This document shows positions 12,327 to 24,928 of a DNA stretch of 64,000 nt, piece after piece; within the stretch, counting starts at the first letter, position 1, and the number at the start of each line of letters is the position of its first letter. Below the pieces are notes generated by a model. It did no database searches. It was given only the letters and a program-made list of their open reading frames with translations, and was not told the origin of the DNA. The position numbers were made by a program, and so were the translations under genes. This stretch comes from Azolla caroliniana (Eukaryota > Plantae > Polypodiophyta). The stretch covers positions 16,740,001-16,804,000 of the forward strand of contig JBHGNT010000006.1 of assembly GCA_043228905.1 (NCBI GenBank), read 5' to 3'.

Positions 12327-15300
12327 GCACATGGCGTAGAGCCTTTCGGAGGCGGTAGCACACCAGTTGAAAATGACGGAGTTTGGGTTAACATTGGATC
12401 GGCGAGCGGCGTTTTGGCATTCACAGATGGACTTACCAGTAATCACAACCGTTTGATCAGCTGCAGTCCGCTTTCTTGCGGTTCTTCCATCGGAGGGTTC
12501 CACAACGTGAAATCCTCGAACAGTTCTACACGATTAAGCTACTGCCGACCGAGACGATCGCAAACTTCAACTTATGTTTCCAAAATTTACGGCGGAAACT
12601 AGAACGGAGCCCCGTGGAGGACGAGGCTCGAGAGACATTTCTGGCAGCATTACGCCGACCCATCCGGGCAACGCTCAACAACAATAGCGTGAAAGGGGAA
12701 ACGACGGATATGGTCATTGAACGAGCGTTACAGCTCGAGTTGGACGAGGAGGAAAGATTTTCTATGTCCTCCTTATGACAAGCGTTACCCCAGGACGAGG
12801 AACGCCAGTTTCGTCAAGCAATCCAGTGCACGATTTGCTTGAACTCGGGGCATTCCGCAGTGGAGTGCAACATGCGAATCCACTACCCAATCTGCCACTC
12901 AAAGGCTCACACAGTCGAACAATGCGAATACAATATGTTGAACAGAGCCGCTCCCACAATCCACAGCATGGACACACAACGTCCCCCATGCCGTACTGAA
13001 CAAAGGCAGCAAGAAGACCAAACACGGTATATGGATCGCAACCCACGGGACGACCGGCACCACCGGAATCGCCGAAATCACAACAATTCTGAGGAAGACG
13101 AACCAGAGGATGAGGATTATCGTGGACATCCGAGTTATGCTAAAGGGGGCCGACGCTATGAGAATCACCTGCCGACAAACAAACGTGGCGGCTTCAATGG
13201 TTATCGGGGGAAGCCGCGGCCATATCGAGATCACCGGCGTTACGACGAAAGCTCGGGAGATGAGTGACACCAAGAACCACGACGGGACCAACAACAACCA
13301 CTGCGTGTGTTCCGACAAACTAGGCCGGACCGGGAGGAGCAAGTCGCACCAAGGGATCGACACACACCACCAAGAGCTGAGAAGGGTGAATCAAGCATCC
13401 ATTGTTTTATTTGTCAGCAGCCCGGACATTATGCCACGCAATGCCCAACACGCAAGGGCAAGGAACCTGCTGTCAATACGATTATGGCGGAACTACAGCA
13501 AGTCACGACACGCCAGCAAACAAAAACGGCTGATTGGGCTGCGCAAGATGAGATACGACGACAAGCCCAGGCATGGGTGGAAAAAGCAAACGCGACCAAT
13601 ACAGAGCGCATGCGGAAGGAGTCCGCGAATACGAGGGAGCAAGTAGAGGACGAAGGACCGGTTCCGGACCCCATTTGGCAGGCATTAGCGGGCTGCGAGA
13701 TAACGTTAACAATGGAGAAGCTGCTGCAGCTAGTCCCACACTTCCGCCAGACCATGGAAGAACGGGTGACGGGCATACCCGTCGCTACAAACCTTACAGA
13801 CGTTAGCGACGGCCCGCTCGAAGTGGATCACCACAACCCGACTATTACATTAATATTACACAGACAAGAAATTTCTGGATGCGTAATCGATGCCGGCTCA
13901 GGCGTCAATGTAATTAGCGTGAAAACTTGTGAGCAGTTAGGCATTTTAGAATGGGAGGCTTGCCCATTCTGGCTCCGAATGGCAGATACCCGCTCAGTAC
14001 GACCATTGGGCCTAATTCGCAAGATAGGCATTATCGTGGGCGGACATCGCTTCGACATCTCGGCGGTCGTCCTCGCCTTGGACGCCCCAGGGGCGTACCT
14101 AGTGCTTTTGGGCAGACCATGGCTTTGGGCAGCAAATATCAAGCAGAGCTGGCAACACAAGTGTATCAGTTTCCGACACGGACGCACCAAGGTTCGCGTA
14201 CCTACGGAAGGAAGCACGCCACAACCCAAGCGTATAACACCATTATACGCAAAAGATATAAATATGATGGCTGGGGTGGAGGATGCAGAATTAGAGGCAT
14301 ACCTAGATGAGCACCCACGGATCATTCCGTTGTTCGAAATTGACGTCATCGCAACCGCGGCAGAATATGCCACGACCACTATTCTCCACGACGAGGCTTA
14401 TGAACCAAACCCAGAATCCTTATTGGAACTCAGCAGAGCACGAGCGACATTCGAAAGGGAAATGGAAATTTCACGACGAGTCACCGCCTCCGCCTTGGAC
14501 GAAGTAAATGTGGGTACGGAGTCAGAACCCCGTTTCCTCTCCATCGCAAAGGAATTAAGGCCGGACCAGAGAAACACGATGATCGCACTACTCATGAAAT
14601 ATAAAGATGTGTTCGCTTGGGCTCACGAGTACATGAAGGGGTTAGATCCCAAGTTCTATCAGCATAAGATCAATTTAACAACCGACGCAAAACCCATCCA
14701 GCAGCGTCGCTACCGCATGAACCCGAACTATGCAACCCGTGTAAAAGAAGAAATTGACAAACTCCTGAAGGCGGGGTTCGTACGGCCAGTTAAACAAGCC
14801 ACCTGGTTAAGCCCGATAGTGGTCGTTCCAAAGAAAAACGGCAAAATATGGGTATGCGTGGATTACCGAAAATTAAACGCCGTAACCATTACAGACGCAT
14901 TCCCTTTACCCTTCACTGATAGCATACTGGATGCCGTCGCAGGACATGAGATGTACAGTTTTTTAGATGGCTTCAGTGGGTATAAATAGGTACGCATGCA
15001 TCCCGAGGACCAAGAAAAGACGACATTTGTCACGGACTAGGAGTCTATGTGGCAGTCGTCATGATGTTCGGGCTAAAGACGGCGCTGACAACATTCCAAC
15101 GACCAATTATGAAGATCTTTGGGGAATACATTCCGGCATTCATGCTAGTTTTTTTAGACGACTTTGCGGTATATGGGCGAACCATAGACCATTTTACGCA
15201 CCTGCAATTGTGCCTGGAACGTTGCCGCACCGCACGCTTAAGCCTGAATCCCACGAAATGTGCTTTCGGCGTGTCCAACGGGACTCTCCTGGGTCGTATA

Positions 15301-17071
15301 GTCAGCAAGGAGGGAATAGCAGTTGATCCGAACAAGATCTCTGCTATTATGCAAGCCAAAACTCCGACAAACGAGAAATCACTCGGCCGGTTTTTAGGAC
15401 AATGGCATAGTCGGATGATACGATATTTGGCGGACTTCGCCACGCCGTTACATGCTGCTGTACATCGGACTCCCTTCCAATGGACAATAACGGAGGACAA
15501 GGCCTATGAGGCACTTAAGATAATACTCACGCAGGCTCTCGTCGTACAACCACCAGTTTGGGCGAAGCCATTCCACGTGTTTGTCGACGCCTCAGAAATA
15601 GCAATAGGAAGTGCACTAATGCAACTCATTGAACCAAACTGGTACCGGCCAGTGTACTACGCTAGTCGCAAATTATCAACAATAGAGCGTAACTATTCCA
15701 CAATGGAGCGGGAGGCGCTAGGGATGATCTATAGCATCAATAAATTCCGGCATTATTTACTAGGGAGGAAATTCACGTTCCATGTGGATCATTCGGTGCT
15801 GCTGTATTTGGTGGAGAAACAAGCCCTATTGGTGGCTTATGGAAATGACATACTTTTTGACTGCGGGACTGCCTCCACCACAATTATGCACGGACGAGAA
15901 GAAAAGACTAGCTGTCCGAAGCCGTAACTTTTGCCTTGTAGAAGGAGTTTTATATCACAAAGGCAGTGATGGCATTTGGCGACGTGGGGTACGTCAGGAT
16001 GAGAAAGAAGCAGTTTTACGGGAGGCACACTGCAGCACGGCAGGCGGGCTTATGGTGGCCAACAACGCAGAAGGACGCATCCGAGTATTGTAGAAAGTGT
16101 GATTTGTGTCAATGTATGGGCTAGCCCACGGAGGGCGCAAGGATGCCACACCAGCCCGTATTACCGCTAGACCCCTTCCAAAAGTGGGGATTGGATTTCG
16201 TGGGCCCCTTCACACCGGCGGCAACCCGTACGGGCAAAAAATACATATTGGTAGCTACGGATTATTGCACCAAGTGGGTAGAAGCAAAGGCACTACGAGA
16301 AAATACGGCGGCCGGCACAACCAGGTTCCTTTACGAGCACATCTGGTGCCGGTTCGGCTGTTCGATTGAGCTCATCAGTGACCAGGGGAGTCACTTTCTC
16401 AATACGGTGGTTCGAGAACTAACAAATCATTATGCCGTAGTCCATAAAAAGAGTACGCCATATTATCCACAGGCGAATGGGTTAGCGGAATCCACCAACA
16501 AGACGTTGCAGAACATCTTGAAGAAAATCGTCAATGAAAATAGAACGGACTGGGATACCAAATTACAAAGTGCGTTATGGGCGTACAGAACCAACTACAA
16601 AACAAGCATACAGTCAACACCATTTCGACTAGCGTTTGGGCTGGAGGCTGTGATGCCGGTCGAATTTCAGGTACCCAGTTTGCGAATTCAGGTACGGGAC
16701 CGACTATCGGAAGCCAAGTTGGAGGAGGTATGGCTCCACCAGCTACTTGAACTCGGGGAAAAACGCGTACACATCATGGCTGTGTTGGAGCAGGCACAAC
16801 GACGGCGTAAAGCGTTTGTGGATTGACATCGGAATGCAAGGGAAAAGGAGTTCGCCGTCAGTTGGGCCATATGCCAAGGAAGTTACGCTTCCGCTGGACT
16901 GGCCCATATTGGATAATTGGAGCGGAACAAGGCACATTCCAACTAGGTACGCTGGCCGGGGAAGTAGTACGACAAAAGGTGAATGGGTTTCGCCTTAAAC
17001 CTTACCTGGGCTCTACGCCACCTAACCCATTCACCGTCAAACAGGACAAAGCCGGAGAACCCGCGACGTAA
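12327..17071 (+). pseudogene. pol: G2 gag-pol, disrupted
   Basis: ORF fragments 12476-12778, 12839-13267, 13307-14989, 15049-15927, 16143-16826 and 16823-17071 are collinear with G1 pol. Confidence 0.9.
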
Positions 17072-17126
17072 ATGGGCAGCCCCACTTGTACCATAGTGTA
17101 AAAATAGTCTGTATATAACCGTTACG

Positions 17127-17127
17127 A

Positions 17128-17211
<84 letters not shown>

Positions 17212-17260
17212 AAAAGAAAAGAAAAAAAGAAGAAAAAAAGAAGAAAAAGAGAGAGAGAAG
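17127..17260 (+). repeat. Polypurine microsatellite (A9G)n between pol and ORF3
   Basis: Direct reading; an equivalent A-rich tract lies at about 4005-4095 in G1. Confidence 0.9.
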
Positions 17261-17513
17261 ATAGCGACTATTAAAAGGACTAAATGCATGCACAAACTCC
17301 TAGTTCAAGAACACGCGGCACCACGATGGCTCACCGCCCAATGAACCCTAAGCCACAAAAAGAAGGAAATAGAAGATCTTTTGCACAAACAAAAACCCAC
17401 CTTCTAACTATCAGCGTTCCCATCGCTCCTCCCCCTCACCTTCTCCTCCATCCTATCACAGAGCTCCAGCCCACCACAACCACCAGTCTCCTTCCCATGA
17501 ACCCACTCTAGCG

Positions 17514-20500
17514 ATGCCGATCTTCATCTCTACTGCCTTACGCCGATGCCTCGTGGAGAAACGCCTGGATGGATACATCCGGGTTGCAGAGGCACCCCCA
17601 CACTCGGATGCCATGGACATCGCCAAGAAGCTGAACATCGACACGGTCACCAACTCTTCCATCCGGAAAAAGTTGGACCTATCATCGCTAGGCGAAAGGG
17701 ATTTCGAAATCCCTCTTGCAGTGGCGCTACAACAATATTTCGGGCCATATTCCTCCTCCGCCAAGGCCTATAGACGAAGCAGATCCCGGATCCCTTCTTC
17801 CGTGAAGTTGCCAAGTTCCTATTAGAGGTCGGCTGCGTACATGTCAACGCATATGGGATGCCCAAGCAGAAGGCGGGCATCATTATGGATACCTTTGAAG
17901 GGCGTGCGATCGATTGGGGGATCATCACAGGGCTGACGTTACAGGAAGGCCTGCATGCGTATCAGGTAGGCAAAAAGCTCAGGCCGATCCTACAACAGTA
18001 CCTTACGGTACTATTCCCACCACGAGGCCTGCCGGCACCACAGCCCAGCCGACCCACGCCCCCACCCCGATCCGCGAAACGCAGGTTAGCGGAGTTAGCG
18101 GCCCCAGAGTGGGAAGAGGAACCCCAACCGCCCAGCCAGACACACGAACAACACAGAGGAACAACCGACACGTTCCATGGCAGCAGCCCCAGAGCTAGAC
18201 ACCGAAACACGGCAGGATAGCCCTAGACCGAAACGACGTAGATTGGACAGGAAAGATGGGCGGGGATTGGTCAAAGATGTCCCCACGGCGGCAGAGACAA
18301 CGACTGACGGCGATGGCTCCGCAGCTACGGAGCACAATACCACCTTCGAAATCATCCGGGAGCCACGACCGATCATTACAACCCAGTCCCAACGAGGGAA
18401 AGCCGTATTGACGGCAGAAAGCGAGGTGTTGGCATATCTAGATATCCCGGATACGACCCATGAGTTCAACGCCCTCTTACAGTTCGGAACCTCTTTTGAG
18501 ATCATGGAATTCCTGGCAACACAACAGATAAAAGCCTCCCAACGAATGGCCGAGGAGCACGCAGAGCGCCAGATGATCGAGCACGCCCTAACACAAATGG
18601 TGGAGAGCGACGATGAGAACTGGCTAGCCAAGGTCGGCAGACAGAGGAACGCCGGGGTACGCCGAGTGGGGATGGAGCTACCCCCATTAAACACGACCCT
18701 AGTCGAAGTCCATAGGTGTTGGTAGACAGGTCCCTCTGGATGGGAAGGGAGAAGAACAGTGCCGACGAACAAACTCGGCCGAGGCCGACAGGCCTCGGCC
18801 GAAACGGTATGAACCGGATGGGGAGAACCCGACTTCGGAGAGTCGGATGGTGTAGGCCCGGTATGAACCGGATGAGGAGTACCCGACTGTAGAGAGTCGG
18901 ATGGTGTAGGCCCGGTATGAACCGGATGAGGAGTACCCGACTGCAGAGAGTCGGATGGTGTAGGCCCGGTATGAACCGGATGAGGAGTACCCGACTGCAG
19001 AGAGTCGGATGGAGCCCATCGAGGCTACATTTGTAAATAGCCGAAGAGTCATATTAGTATAAATATGACTTAGGGCAAACTTTTAGTTTTTTTTAGTAGT
19101 AGTTGTTGTTTTGTGATTATTCTTCCTTGTTGGTGCAAGAAGAAATCAGAGCGCGTAACTGTACAGAGGAGAGAGAGAGAGAGAGACGAGGTCGTAGCCT
19201 CTGTTGTAACCGCCGCCTGTGGCGAAGATCTGAGAGCACGAGGTCATTGCCTCAATGATCTCACTCTTGTATATTTCTGCATAGTGACAATTTGCAGCTT
19301 GTGGGCTGCCGTGGTTTTTCCCCTATTTTGGGGTTTTCCACGTATACCTCCTGGATACCATTTCTCCTCTTTTGTGTCGCGTTTCATTACCTGTTTTTCT
19401 GTGTGTGATAAGAATCTCAGTTGTGGCCGAGCGTCAGACATAAAGAACGTCGAGTTCTCAACAATAGGGAACTGGCAAAGGTCAGCACGGGCGCCAAGGA
19501 GATGGCCATTAAAAATAAGAATGTCTGGAAGAAGGTGAAAATGACCCAAGTGGAGCTGCAAAAAGCCAACGAACGCATCGCGGAGTTGGAAGCTAACGCG
19601 ACTACGGCGCAACATGCAACTCCGCCACCAAACCACGCCATCGACTCTTTGAAGGAAGAAATTGAGGCTTAGACCACCATCACCTCGAAAGCGAAAAGGG
19701 CCGTGCAACTTGCGGAATCAGAAATTGACCGCCTTCGAGCTGAACTGAGCCAATCCTCAGACAGAGAAAAGGAGATCCGGGCTAACGGCTGGAAGGCAGT
19801 AAAAACCCTTGAAGAGAAACTTGCTACGGAGGTAGCTCAGCACATCCGGACAAAAGACGAAAACGCCCAATTATGGGATGAAGCGAAGAAATCGGAGGCG
19901 GCAATCGCGGGACTCCGAGCCTTATTAGAGAAAAAGAAGGTATGGTTCGACGAGCAGCTGGTGGTCGAACAGGACAGAAGGCATCAGCTCGAAATCCGCC
20001 TAAACAATGAAATCGGGAAATTAGAAGAACAACATACAAAGGAATCCCAGCTGTGGGTGGGCCTGAAGGCCACGTACGAAGACGCGGCGACGGTTAGACA
20101 ACAAGAAATTACAAACCTCTAGAAGTTGATGGAGGACGCACGCAACCATTGCCAGGCCATCACAGACAACGTGCGTATCCTTCTCCAAACAAATTGGGAG
20201 AGGTTCACAACGCAATTGAAAACGGCACTGGACAAAGGATGGATGGTGTGGGCAACCCAAGCAGTGGAATTGCACGCGTATTGTGTGGACTGGGAGAACC
20301 GGCGAAAAGACGACCGAGGTTTCTATAAACTAAATGAGGAGAGCATTGCGGCTGTACACAAGGACCTAGCGCAAGACTATCGTGCTCTAGCGGACTAACA
20401 TTCCGAAGAACTCGCGCAACTCTTAGATGATTTTGGTGAAAGCCAGGAGGAGCTATTTCACCAGATCACACAAGCCGGCAACATGCGAACAAATGAGGAA

Positions 20501-20998
20501 TCAAGCGCGACGCCAATTCCGGGCACGGACGAAGAAGAGGAACCTCAGGCCAGATCACCAGAAATTACAATGACGGTGAACAGCGCGGACCGAAGAGTGG
20601 AGTCCCCCATAGTACCTAACAACGAAACCGCTGCCCAAGAGGAGCTTCATCCGCACGAGCCCACGTTATTGTCGGACCACACGAAGAACGGTGCGGGCCA
20701 GGCGGAATCACAACCCCACTCCCCGGAACGTACAAAGATGGCCGACACCACGGAGGAAGTAACGATTGAGATAGAGCCGCGGCCGACCGCAAGCACGACG
20801 ACGACGGAGCCCAACCCACTAGCTCAAGAAGAGCCCACCATACCCGGACCGCCCACACACGATGACTGCGACACCGGGAGAAACCATTCCGACCAAACAG
20901 GGCAGCCACACCACGATGCACCTACGAGCCCTACGTCGCCTCCGGACGCAGACACCGTAGTAGAGCCAAACATCCGGGCCATTTTGGAAGAAGATTAA
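17514..20998 (+). pseudogene. G2 extra ORF (ORF3): globular N-terminus, Pro-rich linker, long coiled-coil, acidic tail; interrupted by a solo LTR and by stops
   Basis: Removing 18717-19463 joins LVEVHR|ELAKVSTGAKEMAIKNKNVW, as in the uninterrupted G3 homolog (LVEVHREVATVNMGAKDMAIKNKNVW). Confidence 0.8.
18717..19463 (+). mobile_element. Solo LTR of the Copia C/D family
   Basis: TGTTG...CAACA; TSD ATAGG on both sides; 51-bp U3 repeats; shares motifs with the C and D LTRs. Confidence 0.93.
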
Positions 20999-21470
20999 CG
21001 GGATGGGTCCGACGTGCCAGGGCACTGTCCCACAGGCGTGCCAGGTGTTGTCCGCCGGAATAGTAACCGACGGACAAGAGCGTAGGAATAAGAAATAATA
21101 TAAGATCATAACGCATGTAACGGTTCACGTAGGAAGCGTGAATGGCTAAATAGACCCTGCGTATATAAAGGGAAGAAAACCTATGATAGAGGGAGCATGT
21201 ATTTTTGGAATGTAAAGAAGCGTATCATAATAGAATTCTATCTTCTCTGAAAGTATGTGTATAGCTACGGCTAATCTACTGTATGTCTGGAATACCTGAG
21301 CGTGTAAGAACGTAAGTGTAACCATTGCTAAGGAGTCGGTTGTAGCCGTCTCCCTTATACGCTGATAGGTTACGGGGAACATTCCCCTACGCATTACGTA
21401 TAGACGCCCCATTCGTTGTTCCACAATCACTTGGAGGTCTAGGTCGAAGGACTGACCGAAGACCGTGTTC

Positions 21471-22126
21471 TCGGAAGACATGGGCCTTCATACTAAAGTC
21501 GAAGGATCAAGTACTGTTGTTCTTCAAGGAGTTCCAGGCAAGTGTTGAACGAGAGTCGGGTCGGAAGTTGAAGGCTGTTTGAACCGACAACGGTGGCGAA
21601 TATAGAGGGTATTTTGAGGAATACTGCAAGGCCCAAGGTATTTGTAAAGAATACATGTGCATAAGCGTATGCGAAAGACACGGAAGTACACGGTTCGGAA
21701 GTAAGATAGTTACATAAAATGTAGAGATCACAGAGAAAGAGAGGGAGAGACAGAGAGAGCAGAAATACCAAACTATATTCGAAAATAGATCTTTGTATGT
21801 TCTCTGTACATATTTTGTGCTCAGTGACCACCTTTTATACAAGCCCCGACTATTGGGCTAACACAAGTACTGACAGTACTTGATCGCTCATATATGAGCC
21901 TTCTACACTAACTCCCAAAACTATTTCTTACGAAGAATAACGTTCTAATGGCCTCTCGGTTTAAACACCGTCACGACCATATTTTGCGTATGATTTTACG
22001 CACCCAGTCTACGTACTGGGTTACGCACCCAATGTTGAGCTTGTCTCTCAACACTCCCCCTCAAGGTCAACTTGAGGTTCCATATGCTTTTCCGGATCTT
22101 CGCTTTGGCCTCTCCTGGCTTCACGC
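21471..22126. repeat. 656-bp direct duplication of 11671-12326
   Basis: Colinear at a 9800-bp offset, about 25 substitutions by eye. Confidence 0.95.
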
Positions 22127-24928
22127 CTCGCTCGCGCTCCTCGACCTATTCGATTCCACGCGCTTCGACCCTTCCGGTCGGCTTGTCTACTCATGCGGCC
22201 CTTCTCAGCTCCCTTGCTGTCGCGGTGTTGGCGCCTCTTTCGTTGCCCTTTCCTCCGCTTGACCCTCAGTCGATTCGTAATGTCTGAATTGAACATTTCG
22301 ATTAAATCAGACACTTCCAATTCAATTCCACTTTCGCATGAATTGGTTGTCTCCAATTCATCTTCTGTCTTTAGGCCCTTGACAACATCAGACCACGTCT
22401 TGGTCTTGGCCTTTACGCCCTTCTTGGCTGTATTTCCCTTTTGTTCGGCTGTCTTCAGCTCTTTCTTGCGATTACGGCCCCTATTTTCTTCTTCTTCGGC
22501 TTCTTTAGCCGGCCCGAAATCAGATTCTTCATCCGATTCGGCATCGCGGTCACTATCGCTCCTTTCATGCGCTTGTTCCTGTTCCTGTCTCCCCCTCACG
22601 TTTGGCGTGTCGAGATGACACAAACCCAACTCATCCGAGAAATGCCGTAACTTGTCGAGATCAAGGGGCTTGGTGAAGATGTCCGCAATCTGCCGGGCCA
22701 TTAGAACATACGCTAGTTCAACTTCACCAGAAAGGACATGCTCGCGGATGAAATGATAATGGACCTCAATGTGCTTGGTCCGGGCGTGGAACACAGGGTT
22801 CTTCGCAAGGTGGATGCTGCTGAGGTTGTCGCAATAGATCATCGTTGGATCAGACACCTCCACATGCAGATCCCGTAATAGCTGTTTCAGCCAGATGACT
22901 TCGCACGTAGCGACAATTGCCCCTCGATAGTCGGCCTCCGTGCTTGACAACGCTGCTGTCGGCTGCTCCTTATTGCTCCACACGATCACCACACTTCCCA
23001 ATGAGAATGCGTATTTGGATGTGGATCAACGATCGTGGGCATTTCCAGCCCAATCGGCATCCATGTAGCCAACTAGCTGTTCGACTATGCCTGTATGATA
23101 CAACAATGCCATGTCTTTCATGCCGCTGACATACCGTAATATTTTTTGTGCACATTGAAGGTACTCGGTCGTGGGTTGCGACATGAATTGACTAATCATT
23201 TTGACCGGATAGCTAAGGTCCGACCGAGTGATCGTCAAGTAGATGAGGCCTCCGATAATATGTCGAAACCGTGTCGGGTCACACGCCTTTCTCAAATCTC
23301 GGCGAAGCTTTTCGTTTCTTTCCAGAGGGGTTGAGATGCGCTTACAATTTGTCATCCCGAACTTGAAGGGAATATTCAGGGCGTAATGATGCTGACTGAT
23401 CAATATTCTTTCGGGGGAATGGATCACTTCGATCCCGAGGAAGTAATGAAGGTCTCCAAGGTCCTTCATTTGGAAAGATGTCGCGAGCTGAGACATAACA
23501 CGACTGATTTCTTCCAGGTCAGCACCGGCGATGACTAAATCATCAACATAAAGTAAAAGGCTAACCGGTCCATGTTTACCTTGCCGAACAAATAATGAAG
23601 AGGTTGACTTGGACGTCGTAAACCCCATTCTATGCAACTGTTACGTAATCTTCGTGTTCCAAGCTCGCGGGGCTTGCTTAAGTCCGTATAACATCTTCTT
23701 CAATCGATAGACTGCCGAGGTGTTCTGTTGGATAGAAAATCGGGGGGCTGTACCATGTACACCTGGTCCTCAAGATCACCTTGCCACCCCTTCGCCATAG
23801 CTACGGCTAACAGAACTCACACGGTAGTCATCTTCACGACTAGTGCAAAGGTCTCGTCGTAATCTATGCCGTGCTTCTGCGCATAGCCTTTTGCAACCAA
23901 ACAGGCCTTATATCGGTTGATGGAGCCGTCGGTGTTTTATTTCACCTTATACACCCATCTACATCCGATTGGCTTTACACCCTTCGGTACGTCAACCAGG
24001 TCCCAAGTCTCATTGTCCGTTAAAGCACGCATCTCTTCCTCCATCGCGACACGCCAATTTGCGTCTTTCGCCGCTTCTACGTAGCTCTCCAGCTCACGCA
24101 CTTCCGCCACTCGTGTCATGTATGTGTAATGGTGCACCATGTATTCATTTTACCCATACCTCTTTACGGGGTTCTTCAAGCGTGTAGATCGGCGTAATTC
24201 GTGATTACCCGATTTCACGGCCTTTTCGGCTGGTTTCGACTTCTTCCGTGGAGATTCCTTTTCAATTGGCCCAAAATTAGACTCACTCTGATTTGACTCG
24301 GCACTACCGAAATCGTATTCCGACATTTTCTTCTTCCCTTTTCTTTACGCGTAAATCGTCTCCTCGGTTCTTTATGCGGGGACAACACGATCGAGTCTCC
24401 ACTACTCGTCGACTCTTCATTTCGTTGGCCATCTCGGCTCAACCCCTCATTCGGCCCGCTTAGCCAAAATGAGATCAGACTCTCTGTCAGAGCTCTGATT
24501 TCCTCATCACGCAGAGGGAACTTGTCCTCGCTAACCTCTTCTTTAGAAATCTGAATGAAGTCATTAGGGATTGGAAGCGAAGGCAAGTACCATAAAGCGG
24601 ACATCTTGGCTTACACAAACTTCCTTCGTTCGGGGTTATAACACTTATACCCCTTTTTTTCGTATGAATAGCCGACTAAGATGCACTTTTCGGCTTTGGC
24701 GTTCAACTTCCTCCGTTTCTCCTTCGGCACATGCACGTACGCGATGCTGCCGAAAACCCTCAAGTGTGCCAAGTTTGGCTTCTTGCCGTAATACAACTCA
24801 TGTGGCGACACTTCTCCATTAGCAGAGGTCTGATTCTATAAGTAAACATCCATCTTTACGGCTTCAGCCCAGTAAAACTTCGGCATATGCTTCTTTTCAA
24901 TGCATTGCCCTGGCCGCTTCTTCGATTG
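21643..24928 (-). mobile_element. Ty1/Copia element B (3' LTR 21643-22053, PPT, RH with long C-terminal tail, RT, partial INT); cut at 24929 by G3
   Basis: YVDDLVI RT, SSTEADY and HARTKHIEVHYH RH, KLNAKAEKCILVGY INT C-terminus. Confidence 0.9.

Larger units (their letters stand above)
12327..21475 (+). mobile_element. Gypsy G-family copy G2 (5'-truncated gag, pol, A-rich spacer, ORF3, 3' LTR 21046 to about 21475)
   Basis: Gag zinc knuckles (e.g. CFICQQPGHYATQC), IDAGSGVN protease, RT/RH/INT homologous to G1; multiple stops and frameshifts. Confidence 0.92.

Noticed and set aside
16943-17293. Phe-rich ORF on the minus strand as a membrane protein
   Set aside because: It is just the translation of the (A9G)n microsatellite complement
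18699-19052. Repetitive-peptide ORFs in LTRs (also 29811-30245, 50348-50857, 54338-54905, 59119-59571, 7908-8315)
   Set aside because: By-products of stop-poor tandem repeats; no domain features
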